Notes: generated by a model not told the origin, from the sequence alone. A stretch of 64,000 nucleotides of DNA from an uncultured virus (IMG/VR IMGVR_UViG_3300027779_000014) (IMGVR_UViG_3300027779_000014); one strand, 5' to 3'; counted from the stretch's first letter, positions 27,345 to 37,621 are shown. Numbers and translations are program-made.

Positions 27345-30300
27345 TCACCTCATTTCGTATTTTGCACCACAGTCGCTACACTTGTAGATCCTACCGTTTT
27401 TCATTAGTTTTACTTCACTACCACATGGCTTGCTTCGCTTGGTTTTTTTGTAAGCGCATTTGAGAGTAGGGTTTTTCTTTGCTGACTTTGCCTTTGTGTA
27501 TTTTCCTTTAGCCCACTTTTGCTTCCCACATTTATCGCACTTATCTCCTAATGCTTTGATTTTCTGCTTGTGGCCGCAACCGCCTCTTTTCTTATCGCAT
27601 TCTGCAGTTATTGGGTTTGACTTTGGGCGATTTCCTCCGAGTGTTGTCCTTGGTGGGCGATTTCCTCCGAGTGTTGTTCTTTCACGATTCCCTCCGAGTT
27701 TTTTTATTATTGATATATCAAAACTTGTAGATCCGCATCTAGGGCAGCCTTTACTAAAGAATCCTGAATACCCTGGGTCGCTTGGTTCCAATGGTGTTAA
27801 CTCATCAGATTTGAACGGTCCGTGTCCATTCTCACATCTATATCTGCTACTATCGATCTCCTCCTGTGTTACAATCATCCTTTCTTCGTCATGATTAGGG
27901 TTTGGTAGTGAGCGATTTCCTCCGAGTGTTGGAGGTTTAGCCATCTTGATGGCGTCTGCAGTAGCGATGAGAGTCAGAGTAACTGTTTGCGAAATCATCT
28001 CGTAGTCTACTTTCAAGTTGGCAACAGCGTTGCCTCCTTTTGCTTTTGCTCTGTTAGAGAGTTCTTGTTGCATACTTGCTATAGCCATAGCCATTCTTTT
28101 TTCGGCCATTGATGTTCTTCCACCAATAAGTCCTCGGTATATGCCTTGAACTGTCTCGCCAATATCTTTCACGAAGTTTCTTCCGATTTGGACTTCGGAT
28201 GTAACCATTCCTTTGTTAGTGAACTTAGATGATGGCGTACCTGCGTAAATAGGGAGAATATTTGCTGGGTTGGATAAGGGGCTACCTCCCTCTGGAGCCA
28301 GATGGAATGGATAGGTGAAAGTGCCACCTAATCTATCAAAAGATACTGAGTTGAATTCCTTATTTCCTTGCCCCTTTAATTTAATTGTAGTGTTGAGCCT
28401 AGTTTGCTGATCTATTTCTAAGATAGTATAAATTTCTCCCTTTTTCAATTTTGGATATTTGTCATTTCCATTATATCGTACCATTTCATTCACTGCAAAG
28501 GGAGGGTTCGTCTTAGATCGTGCCATAGTCATTGCCTTTGACCCCATGAAAGAATCTATTGATACTACTTTGTACCCTTTCTTTTCAGCTTCGCCAATCG
28601 AACTAGGAGATACTAACAAGTAATTCTTACCCTTTACCATAACTTTGTAATCGAATCCCTCTTGTAACAAAAGTTCCCTCTTGGATACTGCATCATCTTT
28701 ATCTGATGCTTTTACTACAGAAGGCGGTTGCATTGAGAGTCCGGCTCTCTTGGTCTTACTAGAAAGTTTAAACCAGGTCCTTCTTTGTTCTTCAGCGTCT
28801 TTTAAAACTGCGGCTCCCACCTTAATATCTGAATAATATTTATCGAGTAGTTGAATTTTGTCGATTAATAGATTCGCTGCAACTGCAACATCATCTTCGT
28901 CAAACCCTTGTGTGCCACTAAAACGCCATAATTCTATTTTATCCTCATTTGTCATTACGCTTGTTACAAAATTATGTAGTTTTTTTTGCTCTGCGGTACC
29001 GCTTCCCATTTTATCGAATGCATCTTGATTTTCATCAACCTTTTTTGTTAGTATTTCTATATAATTATCCAATTTATTTTTTTCTGCCTTTTCTTCCTTT
29101 CGTATGGCTGCTTTTTCCTTTCTAACTTCTGCTGCTGCTTGTTTCTTCAATAACTCAGGTTCGTTCTTTTCGCTCTCTGTCATCCATTTGATATCTTCAC
29201 CTTCTAGTTTATGCCACAACCGGCCTAATTCCTCTAATTTTCCGTGTATTTCTCTTGCATCATTGGGCGCTTCGGGTCCGTCATAAACTGGAATTTTTTT
29301 CTTTTTTTCCTTGTCGGCCCTGTCTAGTACCATCCTTTTTGTTTGAATGTTGGCTTTCCAGTATTCTTTTGATTTATTCAGGGGGGCTATGACCTTATTG
29401 GCTTCTGCTACTTTTTTAGTGAGTATATTGAAAATGTATTCCGCGTGTGGTGTGTTAAAGGGGTCGCCAAGTTCTTCTGGGCCGATTCCTGGTGGTAAAA
29501 TATTTGCAGGCGGATTTCTTATTATTCCTCTGCTCGTCTTTGTTTTTCTAACTGTACTTGGAATTCTTGTAGGGTCGTGTGGGTCGAGCATTGAATACAG
29601 TAACATTGTTTCTGATTCATTTAGTTCATAATCATACATTGCTTTAGATCTTGTTGCGATCATATATAGTAATTCCAGGGCAGATGGCATGGAATTACCT
29701 TTCATCACATCTGAGTATTCCTCTAAGATCTGGAATGTTGGAATTACCCACCTACTATCCCACCCTTTAGGTTGTTTAGTAAATCCAGAATTGAATAGAG
29801 GCACTAGGAAGAATGTACTTTTAGTTTTTAGTTTTTCACTTTGTTTTGATAAATTGTATTCAGCCAAGGCTTTATTTCTTTCCAGTTTATCAGGATGAGA
29901 TTTCTTTGTAGGTTTTACAAGTCCCATTGGCCTTGACCCTACATTTATAGGGAATGCTAGCCCTCTTGACACTAATTCATCCATTACTTTGAAGCGCCCT
30001 GCGGGTTTCTGGTCTTCAATTTGGAATATCTTTTGGAATGATTCGCTGTCCACTCTTTTTTTGTTTGCTATATCTAACGCACTATTGACATTCACATTTA
30101 AATTCTGGTCTCGCATTGGCATAAGAGGTATGGAAACTCCCACATCCATAACTCCTCTATCAGATAGGAATGCTTGTTGGGAAGCCATTAGTATTGATTT
30201 GGCTGCTGCTGCGGTATCGTGATTGTGTGCCCCTAAGAATCTGTATGCGGCTTTCTTCAAATCTGCCTTGACGAAGGCGGGATCTGATCTTGTTTTCTGA

Positions 30301-31388
30301 TTTAATGGTTCACCAGTTAGTAGCCTCAACCACCATTTGTCCCAAAGTTCAGGTTTTAACACAGTAGTTTTACTTTCTATATCTACTATGTAGTGTACTA
30401 CACCTGCTTCTATCATATACTCGGCAGTAGGAGTAAGAGCATTCAGGAACTTCTTGTCAAATCCAGGGAACAAATCAAGTTCTTCCATTCCGCTTGATAG
30501 AGAAGGAAGGATTTCAGCCATGAATGGCGCGTTTCCCCTTCTTATTTGTGTATAAGCATTCACCATTCTTTTGAAGTCGGTTACAGTCGTATTGCTTCTG
30601 TCAATGTATCTATGGTGTCCGGCAAGTACCGCTTCCATCAATGCTTCTTCTGTAGCACCCATTGTTTTTACTTGCTTTAATATTTCATCTACGGACATTC
30701 CAGGGTATTTTTTCTGGACGAACTTGACATATTTCTCATATATCCTTCCTCGGATTCTTCGGCGAAGCTCTTTTGTCTGTCGAGAAGATAGTTTTTCAGA
30801 TGACGATGGTTGTATTCCAAGTACTTGAGCCCTTATTTTCTTGTTCATTTCACCAGTTATCTTTATTGGAGCGCCATGTGGTACTCCCTTTCCAGTTTGT
30901 GCTTCGAATGATCCTCTGAATGGCCCTCTCTTTCGCATCATCTCTGCTAGAGTTAATTTTCCTAGGTCTGGATATAGTGATTCCATCAATTCTCTGTTTT
31001 CGTACATCTCTACTGCAACAGTTGACTTCCTGACATCTTCCCATTCACTTTCTGGATTTAGTTTGATTGAATCTGTAGTTGGTAGTATGAAAATTTTCTT
31101 TCCTGCTGCTACTCTTTGCATTGCTTCAACTATTCCTATCTTTTTGTTTACATCAGCAGAATTCGCGAAGATTACTGGACCGAGGTCACGGTATCTCTCA
31201 GGACCCCATATTCCACCGTGGCCTTTTTTCCGTAACTGATCTAGCCATCCAGATGTTAATGTGTGAAATGCCACCATTCCTTCTTTCTTTACCTTTCCAG
31301 ATTGCTTTTCAGAAATTACTCTCTTACCATCTTTATCGACTTGGTTTAATGGATTGATTTTTCTTTGTTCATCTCTATTCATTCGCAA
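27345..31388 (-). CDS. Giant modular protein: SH3-like, YbjQ/UPF0145-like and three Zn ribbons at the C-terminus
   Basis: YbjQ-like GMVTSEVQIGRNFVKDIG...GGRT...AKAKGGNAVANLKVDYE...ATADAIK (~27935-28265); C/H-rich knuckles CENGH..CPRC, CDKKRGGC..CDKC, C..C..CSDC; TLGGNR repeats. Confidence 0.85.
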   Translation of the reverse strand: MRMNRDEQRKINPLNQVDKDGKRVISEKQSGKVKKEGMVAFHTLTSGWLDQLRKKGHGGIWGPERYRDLGPVIFANSADVNKKIGIVEAMQRVAAGKKIFILPTTDSIKLNPESEWEDVRKSTVAVEMYENRELMESLYPDLGKLTLAEMMRKRGPFRGSFEAQTGKGVPHGAPIKITGEMNKKIRAQVLGIQPSSSEKLSSRQTKELRRRIRGRIYEKYVKFVQKKYPGMSVDEILKQVKTMGATEEALMEAVLAGHHRYIDRSNTTVTDFKRMVNAYTQIRRGNAPFMAEILPSLSSGMEELDLFPGFDKKFLNALTPTAEYMIEAGVVHYIVDIESKTTVLKPELWDKWWLRLLTGEPLNQKTRSDPAFVKADLKKAAYRFLGAHNHDTAAAAKSILMASQQAFLSDRGVMDVGVSIPLMPMRDQNLNVNVNSALDIANKKRVDSESFQKIFQIEDQKPAGRFKVMDELVSRGLAFPINVGSRPMGLVKPTKKSHPDKLERNKALAEYNLSKQSEKLKTKSTFFLVPLFNSGFTKQPKGWDSRWVIPTFQILEEYSDVMKGNSMPSALELLYMIATRSKAMYDYELNESETMLLYSMLDPHDPTRIPSTVRKTKTSRGIIRNPPANILPPGIGPEELGDPFNTPHAEYIFNILTKKVAEANKVIAPLNKSKEYWKANIQTKRMVLDRADKEKKKKIPVYDGPEAPNDAREIHGKLEELGRLWHKLEGEDIKWMTESEKNEPELLKKQAAAEVRKEKAAIRKEEKAEKNKLDNYIEILTKKVDENQDAFDKMGSGTAEQKKLHNFVTSVMTNEDKIELWRFSGTQGFDEDDVAVAANLLIDKIQLLDKYYSDIKVGAAVLKDAEEQRRTWFKLSSKTKRAGLSMQPPSVVKASDKDDAVSKRELLLQEGFDYKVMVKGKNYLLVSPSSIGEAEKKGYKVVSIDSFMGSKAMTMARSKTNPPFAVNEMVRYNGNDKYPKLKKGEIYTILEIDQQTRLNTTIKLKGQGNKEFNSVSFDRLGGTFTYPFHLAPEGGSPLSNPANILPIYAGTPSSKFTNKGMVTSEVQIGRNFVKDIGETVQGIYRGLIGGRTSMAEKRMAMAIASMQQELSNRAKAKGGNAVANLKVDYEMISQTVTLTLIATADAIKMAKPPTLGGNRSLPNPNHDEERMIVTQEEIDSSRYRCENGHGPFKSDELTPLEPSDPGYSGFFSKGCPRCGSTSFDISIIKKLGGNRERTTLGGNRPPRTTLGGNRPKSNPITAECDKKRGGCGHKQKIKALGDKCDKCGKQKWAKGKYTKAKSAKKNPTLKCAYKKTKRSKPCGSEVKLMKNGRIYKCSDCGAKYEMR

Positions 31389-33858
31389 TGCCCCCTTTTG
31401 ACGGTGCTAAGGAGAATGGCCCTACCCTTTGTCCTCCAGGTCGCCTTCCTTCATATTGCATTACGCCATTTAATCCAACTTGAGACACATAGCACACGAT
31501 TTTATCGTATTTTAATCCAGTAGATTCGAATAGTTTGGAAACTCCTCTGTTGTAATTTATATCTTTCGACTTCAATACGGCATCTTTGAATATTTGGCCG
31601 CCGCCATCAGTGAGTGTTTTCTTGAGTTTTATTTCTCCGAAGTCTTGTTCAATTCTTTTTAGTAGTAAGCTAGTTTCTTTAGAGTATTTTGAGCCTTTTT
31701 TTGCAGATATTTTGCCTGTGGCTAGGTCATGCTGAATTATCATCCTAGGTAGTATGATCCTGTGAGGGACAAGATTGTTATTGTCTTTTCTTTTACCGTA
31801 AATTATCTGTATCTTTGGGTTTCCTTTATCGACTTGAGTACCAGTTTTCATTACTGTATCCATGACTTGTGCCTTAGTGTTGTACACCTTTCCTTTCCAC
31901 CTGTATGTTTTATTTTTTTTGTTATAGACTGGTTCTTGGCCTGTGGCGTAGTGTTTGTATAAATCATTTAGACCTAGTTGATCCCTTACTTTCTTGATAT
32001 ATTTTAAGTTTTTATTTGTCTCAGTCAATGTTTTCATATTTATTTGACTTCTTGGAACTAAATCAATTGCTATTGCCTTACCCCTTACAGAAGGGTTTTT
32101 CTTCACATTCGCTCTAAGAGTTTTTTGCCCTAGGTTATCTTCCAGGGCAGTTGCAAGATCATTGTCGCCTAGTTCATCTATCTCTTCCAGACCCTTGCTT
32201 CTTGACGCATCTGTGTAGGCGTCTGATATATCTGACCCTCTGCCTAAATCTTCTACGAATAAATCTATTTTTGGTAGGAAAATATTATTACCAAATTTGT
32301 CTAACTTCCCGAAATCACCTACACTGTACCCATCATCAGATGGCCTTGCAACTACCGTAAGTCTGCCTTTAGGCACTAAGTAATCTTCACCTATTCCTTT
32401 AGATAAGTCTGCATGTATTATAAATCGTATGGAAATTGTTTCTTTCGGCCAGTTTAATGCAATTCCTTCAGATAGTTCCTTTAGGCCCTCCTTACTTTTT
32501 ACATCCCTACCTGATATCGCTGCTTCGAATAATCCTGACCAATTAGTAGTCAGTGCTAATGATTTATTTTCTGATCCATAAACGGCTGCTGTCAGACCAA
32601 GAGTTCCATTATTCTCCTTTGACGCTAGTTTCATTTTTACGATTTTAGCTACTTTGTCATAGGTCATTTCAATATTAGTTTGATTTGCTGCTTTCATTGC
32701 CGCGTGCATGTTGGATTTTTTCCAACCAGTTTTGAATGGTGGCATAGAAGTGTCTAGTGAGACAAGAAGTGGTGAAGGAGAACCTTTCAAGTATGTGTTC
32801 TTAGAGTCTCTTTGCGCGTTATTGTTATTGTTTTTGTTGTTTCGGCTTCGTGAATTACGAACTATGGCCCTATTTGCGGTTCTGTTTCCCTTAAAATCAA
32901 GAGTTGAAGCTGTGATTACAAACATATCCTTCAAACCTGATTGGAAAGTATTCATGTTCAAGCCGTATTCGCCGTTGAGACTTCTCAATCTCATCCTAGC
33001 TTCTTCAATCTCTCCTCTCTGGTAAGACCCGACTGTACTTTTAGCCAGTTCAAATGCTTCGAATGTCCTACCTGCAGATGCGTTTTCAAAGTCTTCGCCT
33101 CGATCATCTTGTGCTTGGGCTAATGCTACACTGAATTTCATAATATCTCCTTCCGTCACTAGTGCTTTCAAAGTTATCAGTGATTGGTGTTCTACACTTG
33201 TAAGTGGTTCGATTGAGGGATATATTTGCTCACTGATTTCTGGGTCATCTTGAGTCATTTGTGCTACAGTGTACCTATTGTAAGAGTTAATCGGCAGATT
33301 GTTTAGTAATCTAATTTGTAATCCCCTTAAGTCGTGTATTGTTAACCCCGCCATTGTGTCCATTCTCTTAGAGAAATCCGGACAATTTTTTCTTATTTCT
33401 AGAGTCCAAGCATGAGCGTCTTTTATTTGTGTGCCTGATTTTAACTTGGATCTTTCATTTACTCCAGTGATCATCCAATACAGTAAGTCACCAATAATTG
33501 CTGCATTAAAACTATCATAATTTTCTGGTACTTGAGATAAGTAGCCAGAGTGATCCCTGTTTAATTCCCCCCAGTCATTTGCGAAAGCGAATAATATATC
33601 CCTAGATAAGATAGCGATATCTTCTGTTTTTGAGTATCTTCTGATTTGTTCTTTATTTACTGAGTTTATGAGTGAATAAACATCTAACAAATCCGGATAT
33701 TTACTTACGGTGGAAAGAGTTCCTTTTCTTCCTTCATCTTTTCTTAGGGTGGTTGTTTTAGTTCTTCCACCTTCTTTTGAACCTAAAGGCCCTGATGAAT
33801 CGTAGTATCTTTCACTGTCACCAACAGGGTTTTGTATTATTTTTTTACGGCTTGCCAT
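31375..33858 (-). CDS. Large hypothetical protein (827 aa) with basic C-terminal module
   Basis: Long ORF, N-terminal MASRKKIIQNP, Lys-rich module after KKNPSV. Confidence 0.8.
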   Translation of the reverse strand: MASRKKIIQNPVGDSERYYDSSGPLGSKEGGRTKTTTLRKDEGRKGTLSTVSKYPDLLDVYSLINSVNKEQIRRYSKTEDIAILSRDILFAFANDWGELNRDHSGYLSQVPENYDSFNAAIIGDLLYWMITGVNERSKLKSGTQIKDAHAWTLEIRKNCPDFSKRMDTMAGLTIHDLRGLQIRLLNNLPINSYNRYTVAQMTQDDPEISEQIYPSIEPLTSVEHQSLITLKALVTEGDIMKFSVALAQAQDDRGEDFENASAGRTFEAFELAKSTVGSYQRGEIEEARMRLRSLNGEYGLNMNTFQSGLKDMFVITASTLDFKGNRTANRAIVRNSRSRNNKNNNNNAQRDSKNTYLKGSPSPLLVSLDTSMPPFKTGWKKSNMHAAMKAANQTNIEMTYDKVAKIVKMKLASKENNGTLGLTAAVYGSENKSLALTTNWSGLFEAAISGRDVKSKEGLKELSEGIALNWPKETISIRFIIHADLSKGIGEDYLVPKGRLTVVARPSDDGYSVGDFGKLDKFGNNIFLPKIDLFVEDLGRGSDISDAYTDASRSKGLEEIDELGDNDLATALEDNLGQKTLRANVKKNPSVRGKAIAIDLVPRSQINMKTLTETNKNLKYIKKVRDQLGLNDLYKHYATGQEPVYNKKNKTYRWKGKVYNTKAQVMDTVMKTGTQVDKGNPKIQIIYGKRKDNNNLVPHRIILPRMIIQHDLATGKISAKKGSKYSKETSLLLKRIEQDFGEIKLKKTLTDGGGQIFKDAVLKSKDINYNRGVSKLFESTGLKYDKIVCYVSQVGLNGVMQYEGRRPGGQRVGPFSLAPSKGGIANE

Positions 33859-33872
33859 TTATTCAACCCCTA

Positions 33873-35111
33873 TTACCAATTAGAAAATCCCTTATCGTAT
33901 GTTGAAGGCCTCATTACCTTTTTTCTCCCGCTGAAAACTTTTCCTAAGAAGTAGAAGCCAGCAACTACAGTGGCAGTAGCCACTAAAGCAGTCTGATTGG
34001 GATTTTTGTCTGTCCAACCGCCCATAGGAGTTGAGTATAGGGCTTCATTTTTCTTGGCGTGCATGGCTGCTAATTTTCCAGCCGCTTTATGCTTTATTGC
34101 GCCATGTGTTTCTGCATTCACCTTATGTTCATTAGGATTATTTCTTGTATCGAATGGAGTAGATAACTTAAATGAGTTGGAAACAGCACCATACGGACTA
34201 GGGCCCCTATAGATAGCATTCTCATTACCACTAACTCTGAAACCATCTCCATTATTAGTTGTTGAACCTAATAAGGAAATCCTTTGTTGTCTTTCTGACT
34301 CTACGAACATTCCGCCCGCTAATGATGTTGCACCTGCTTCTCTGTTTAGAATTGATAGTGCCCTATCGAGTACTCTATCCATTTGTTCTAAGATTACATT
34401 CGGGTCATGTGCGAATGTTCCGATTGAGTTTACTTGTTCGCTGAATACTCCATTGTTTCCTAGAAGAGATTCTATTTCTTGGTAATCCCCGTATGGGATC
34501 AAAGATTGTTTTTTTGCAGACTTAGCTTCGGCTAATATCATACCTTTAGTAGTCATCCTGTTTGCTATTTCGCCTTTCATCTGTGTTTGTTCTGTTTTTT
34601 TGCTGCTGGCAACTAGAGTTTGTTCTAGTTCCATGAGTGCTCCCCTGGCCGATGATATTGCTATTTGCTTCTCTTCTACAGTCCCAAATACAGGTATTTT
34701 TGATAACGCGCTATCCCTGGCACGATCTATTGTCCTCAAATCATGTTCACTCATCCCTTTTATTGCTGTTGCGTGGATTTTGAGTAGTTTGTTCCAACCA
34801 TCAATTAGGCTCTCATTTACTTCATTTAATGGCATTGCTCCTGATTGAGTTGCTCCTAATAAATACAAGTCGTGCTGAGAGTTGTGAGTAAGGGACATAT
34901 TCGATAAAATGGTCTCTATTTCTAATTTTGCATCTAACCAGAGCGACTCTTGCCCCATTAAGTCTGCACCCTCAGATTGTATAGCCCATTCTGCGACTAT
35001 GGCCTCTACAGTCGTCATCCTATCTGTTCCAATATACCTGTCTACACCTAATCTTGCTGCAATATTGCTGACTTCCGACATCCTTTTTTCGATTACCGTA
35101 TTACTTGCCAT
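33873..35111 (-). CDS. Helical protein with C-terminal membrane anchor, first gene of a ~20-kb operon
   Basis: TM segment ALVATATVVAGFYFLG followed by a basic tail; lies downstream of the class-C promoter. Confidence 0.75.
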   Translation of the reverse strand: MASNTVIEKRMSEVSNIAARLGVDRYIGTDRMTTVEAIVAEWAIQSEGADLMGQESLWLDAKLEIETILSNMSLTHNSQHDLYLLGATQSGAMPLNEVNESLIDGWNKLLKIHATAIKGMSEHDLRTIDRARDSALSKIPVFGTVEEKQIAISSARGALMELEQTLVASSKKTEQTQMKGEIANRMTTKGMILAEAKSAKKQSLIPYGDYQEIESLLGNNGVFSEQVNSIGTFAHDPNVILEQMDRVLDRALSILNREAGATSLAGGMFVESERQQRISLLGSTTNNGDGFRVSGNENAIYRGPSPYGAVSNSFKLSTPFDTRNNPNEHKVNAETHGAIKHKAAGKLAAMHAKKNEALYSTPMGGWTDKNPNQTALVATATVVAGFYFLGKVFSGRKKVMRPSTYDKGFSNW

Positions 35112-35164
35112 GGTTGTGGGATGGGGGTTAAGAGGATAAACTCGACCCGTTACGCCGTTACGGT
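35112..35164 (-). promoter_or_regulatory. Class-C promoter: ACCGTAACGGCGTAACGGGTCGAGTTTAT-N5-TAACCCC-N6-ACAACC-ATG
   Basis: 29 bp identical to 46341-46369; TTTAT lies 25-29 nt before the ATG, the position expected for an archaeal TATA box on a leaderless transcript. Confidence 0.8.
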
Positions 35165-35166
35165 GT

Positions 35167-35811
35167 TCACACTGGACTTAACACTAATGGCCCTGCTGCA
35201 GTTACTATATTGAATGCAATAAATCCTAATGCAGCCGTCAATAAAATTGGACCTATACCCATCACTGGATCTGCTACCCAATTGAATAGAGGAAGGCCTC
35301 CATAGTCTGCTTTTCCGTCTTCGTCAATATCTAAGTCCTTTTTTATCATTACACTTAATGGTTTTGCAACCCAATCCGGTATTCCGATATCTTTTCTTGC
35401 TAGATCATGGACAGTATATCTCCCTCCATCATCCCTCTGATAAGGCCAAATCACCGTAGGAGTGTATGTTGAGAAAGGAGCTAATATCTTTTTCTTTTTC
35501 GTTCCTGTGTCTATTGAACCATTAAACAAGTTGCCATCTAATCTATCGAACATTGAAATAAAGTTTTCTTGGTCGTAGGCAGAGTTTGATTTAGCAATTA
35601 GCGATACAGTTTGTGCGCCTATGTTCTTATCCTTTTTACTGATTGTCGAGTCAGGGGGTTCTAGATACTTGTAGGCTTTACCGAATACATCTTTGATGCT
35701 TATTTTTAATGGGCCTTTTCCGAAATCACGATGGTAAACATCATCTACATTTTCTTTTAGTTCACTTACGCCTGTAGAAACGCCTTCTCTTATCTGCTTA
35801 TAGGCGCTCAT
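35167..35811 (-). CDS. Membrane-anchored virion protein
   Basis: C-terminal TM segment IGPILLTAALGFIAFNIV; likely start MSAYKQ at 35811. Confidence 0.7.
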   Translation of the reverse strand: MSAYKQIREGVSTGVSELKENVDDVYHRDFGKGPLKISIKDVFGKAYKYLEPPDSTISKKDKNIGAQTVSLIAKSNSAYDQENFISMFDRLDGNLFNGSIDTGTKKKKILAPFSTYTPTVIWPYQRDDGGRYTVHDLARKDIGIPDWVAKPLSVMIKKDLDIDEDGKADYGGLPLFNWVADPVMGIGPILLTAALGFIAFNIVTAAGPLVLSPV

Positions 35812-35816
35812 TTTCT

Positions 35817-36482
35817 CTAATCCTTCCATTCCTCTATGGTCTCATCAACAGCCTCAAACGGTATAGTGATGAAATTTGGTATTGCCTTTTTCGCTGCCCA
35901 CGAGAAGAGTACGATTGCTCCCATGCCGAAAACGGCATTCCAAACTGCCCCACCTGCGTGATAGGCAGTTCTTAAGATATCACTATCTATTTCGTGTCCT
36001 TCGAATCTTGAACCGTCTTTGTTTTGGAATAGATTCCATAGATTTGGCACAAAGTCTCCTGCGGCAGTTTTGTGAACTATGCTAGGGTAAACTGATTGAA
36101 CTATTCTTTCTCCAACACCATCTCTCCCCTTTTGTGCTTGTTGGTAAAAATAAATGGTATCTGGGTCTTGCCCTGCAGTTGCATTGGCCCAAGATGGATC
36201 TAACAAAAGGCTATCTGCGTTTAGCGGGTTTGTTTCATCCAACATTCCAGGGCTATTACTTTCTGCACTCTTTGGTGCGCCGTCTTCAAGAGGATCTAAG
36301 GCGAATGATAGCCAAGTTCTGGGCTGTGGTAGTGAGAGCATTCGTGCTGAATATGCATCATCATCTTCCCCTGGTAATTGTTCTAGATTTGACAAAGCCT
36401 TTTTCCTTTGTTCGCTTTCCTGTTGCCAATGCAATATGGCATCTATCTTGTATGCGCTCATTGTTCGTGCCATTTTATTCAT
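35817..36482 (-). CDS. Membrane-anchored virion protein
   Basis: C-terminal TM segment AVWNAVFGMGAIVLFSWAA. Confidence 0.7.
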   Translation of the reverse strand: MNKMARTMSAYKIDAILHWQQESEQRKKALSNLEQLPGEDDDAYSARMLSLPQPRTWLSFALDPLEDGAPKSAESNSPGMLDETNPLNADSLLLDPSWANATAGQDPDTIYFYQQAQKGRDGVGERIVQSVYPSIVHKTAAGDFVPNLWNLFQNKDGSRFEGHEIDSDILRTAYHAGGAVWNAVFGMGAIVLFSWAAKKAIPNFITIPFEAVDETIEEWKD

Positions 36483-36811
36483 ATCCTCTTGTATATACGG
36501 TCTTTTGTGTTGTCTTGTATATACTGTCTCCTCTTGTATATACTGGCTATTGCCGCAGTAGTTCCACCGATTAACAATAGTGCGTCAGTGGTGCTATTAG
36601 TTATTCCACCGAACTTTGGATTTTTGGCTGTCTTTTTTGATATATTATATTCATGGAGGGCTAGTGAAGCTATTCCCAGAGGGAGATCAAGACCGTATTG
36701 GTTTGGATAAACAACATACCTTCCTAAAAAAACACCTGCAAATGCGATATTACTATATTGAGATATTTTTCCTAGAGTTGTTGTTACTTTTATCTTTCTT
36801 GTTTTTCCCAT
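36479..36811 (-). CDS. Small membrane protein
   Basis: Hydrophobic segments with basic ends; GAGGTGA SD. Confidence 0.65.
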   Translation of the reverse strand: MGKTRKIKVTTTLGKISQYSNIAFAGVFLGRYVVYPNQYGLDLPLGIASLALHEYNISKKTAKNPKFGGITNSTTDALLLIGGTTAAIASIYKRRQYIQDNTKDRIYKRI

Positions 36812-36822
36812 TTTCTCACCTC

Positions 36823-37083
36823 TTATTTAATATTTCGGACATTATCCATTGCTCGCAACAGACCATTCGTGCCTAGCATGACCATTGAAGAAACAACGAA
36901 CCCAGTCATAAATAAACGACTCAACGGTAGAATTATTGAGATTGGGTCTGCACGAATTGGTTCTTTCCAATCCATTCCGGCTATTTGAGCGATTATTAAT
37001 GGTGTCATTGAGTAGACTATTCCACTAGATGATGCAAAAAATAAAAATTTTGCTGCGTCATTTTTTTCTAGTATGTCTATCAT
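36823..37083 (-). CDS. Small membrane protein (2 TM)
   Basis: Two long hydrophobic stretches; GGGGTGA SD. Confidence 0.65.
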   Translation of the reverse strand: MIDILEKNDAAKFLFFASSSGIVYSMTPLIIAQIAGMDWKEPIRADPISIILPLSRLFMTGFVVSSMVMLGTNGLLRAMDNVRNIK

Positions 37084-37087
37084 TTTT

Positions 37088-37621
37088 TCACCCCGCTATG
37101 AATCCCATCGTATCTGGATTGTCCGGCTCTAGAATCGGTGCATACAATATTTTACCTAGTGGTTGTCCATTATTTTCTAATTTTCCTGCTAGACCAAATA
37201 TTTGCTTTACTCCTGCTAATCCCTCATCATATACATTACTTGTAGCAGATTCTCCTGTCTCTTGCTCGTTACCACCTACTGAGTTGAATGATACAGATTG
37301 CATCTCTGCGGTTTGACCCATCCAGACACCTGTTGTTGTGATTTCCCTGTTGTCTGAGATCCGAGGAAGAGGGTTTGTGCCTGATATTGCTAGGCCTAGT
37401 CTGTTTAGTGTATCTTCTACACCCCAACCATCTATCTTTATCGCCATTCCAGCGTATAATGCCCCATCAGCATCTTTAGTTATTAATGCTTTAGCAGTCA
37501 TTTGATTACCGTCTCTCAAGTAAGCAATTGTATTCTCACCCCATGCGACAAGAGCGTCTAGTGAACCTAGAGTTTGTTCAGCAACTATGGTTCCATTTTC
37601 GTCTTTAATTATTCCTTTCAT
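37088..37621 (-). CDS. Hypothetical structural protein
   Basis: 177 aa; ATGA overlap with the upstream gene. Confidence 0.65.
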   Translation of the reverse strand: MKGIIKDENGTIVAEQTLGSLDALVAWGENTIAYLRDGNQMTAKALITKDADGALYAGMAIKIDGWGVEDTLNRLGLAISGTNPLPRISDNREITTTGVWMGQTAEMQSVSFNSVGGNEQETGESATSNVYDEGLAGVKQIFGLAGKLENNGQPLGKILYAPILEPDNPDTMGFIAG

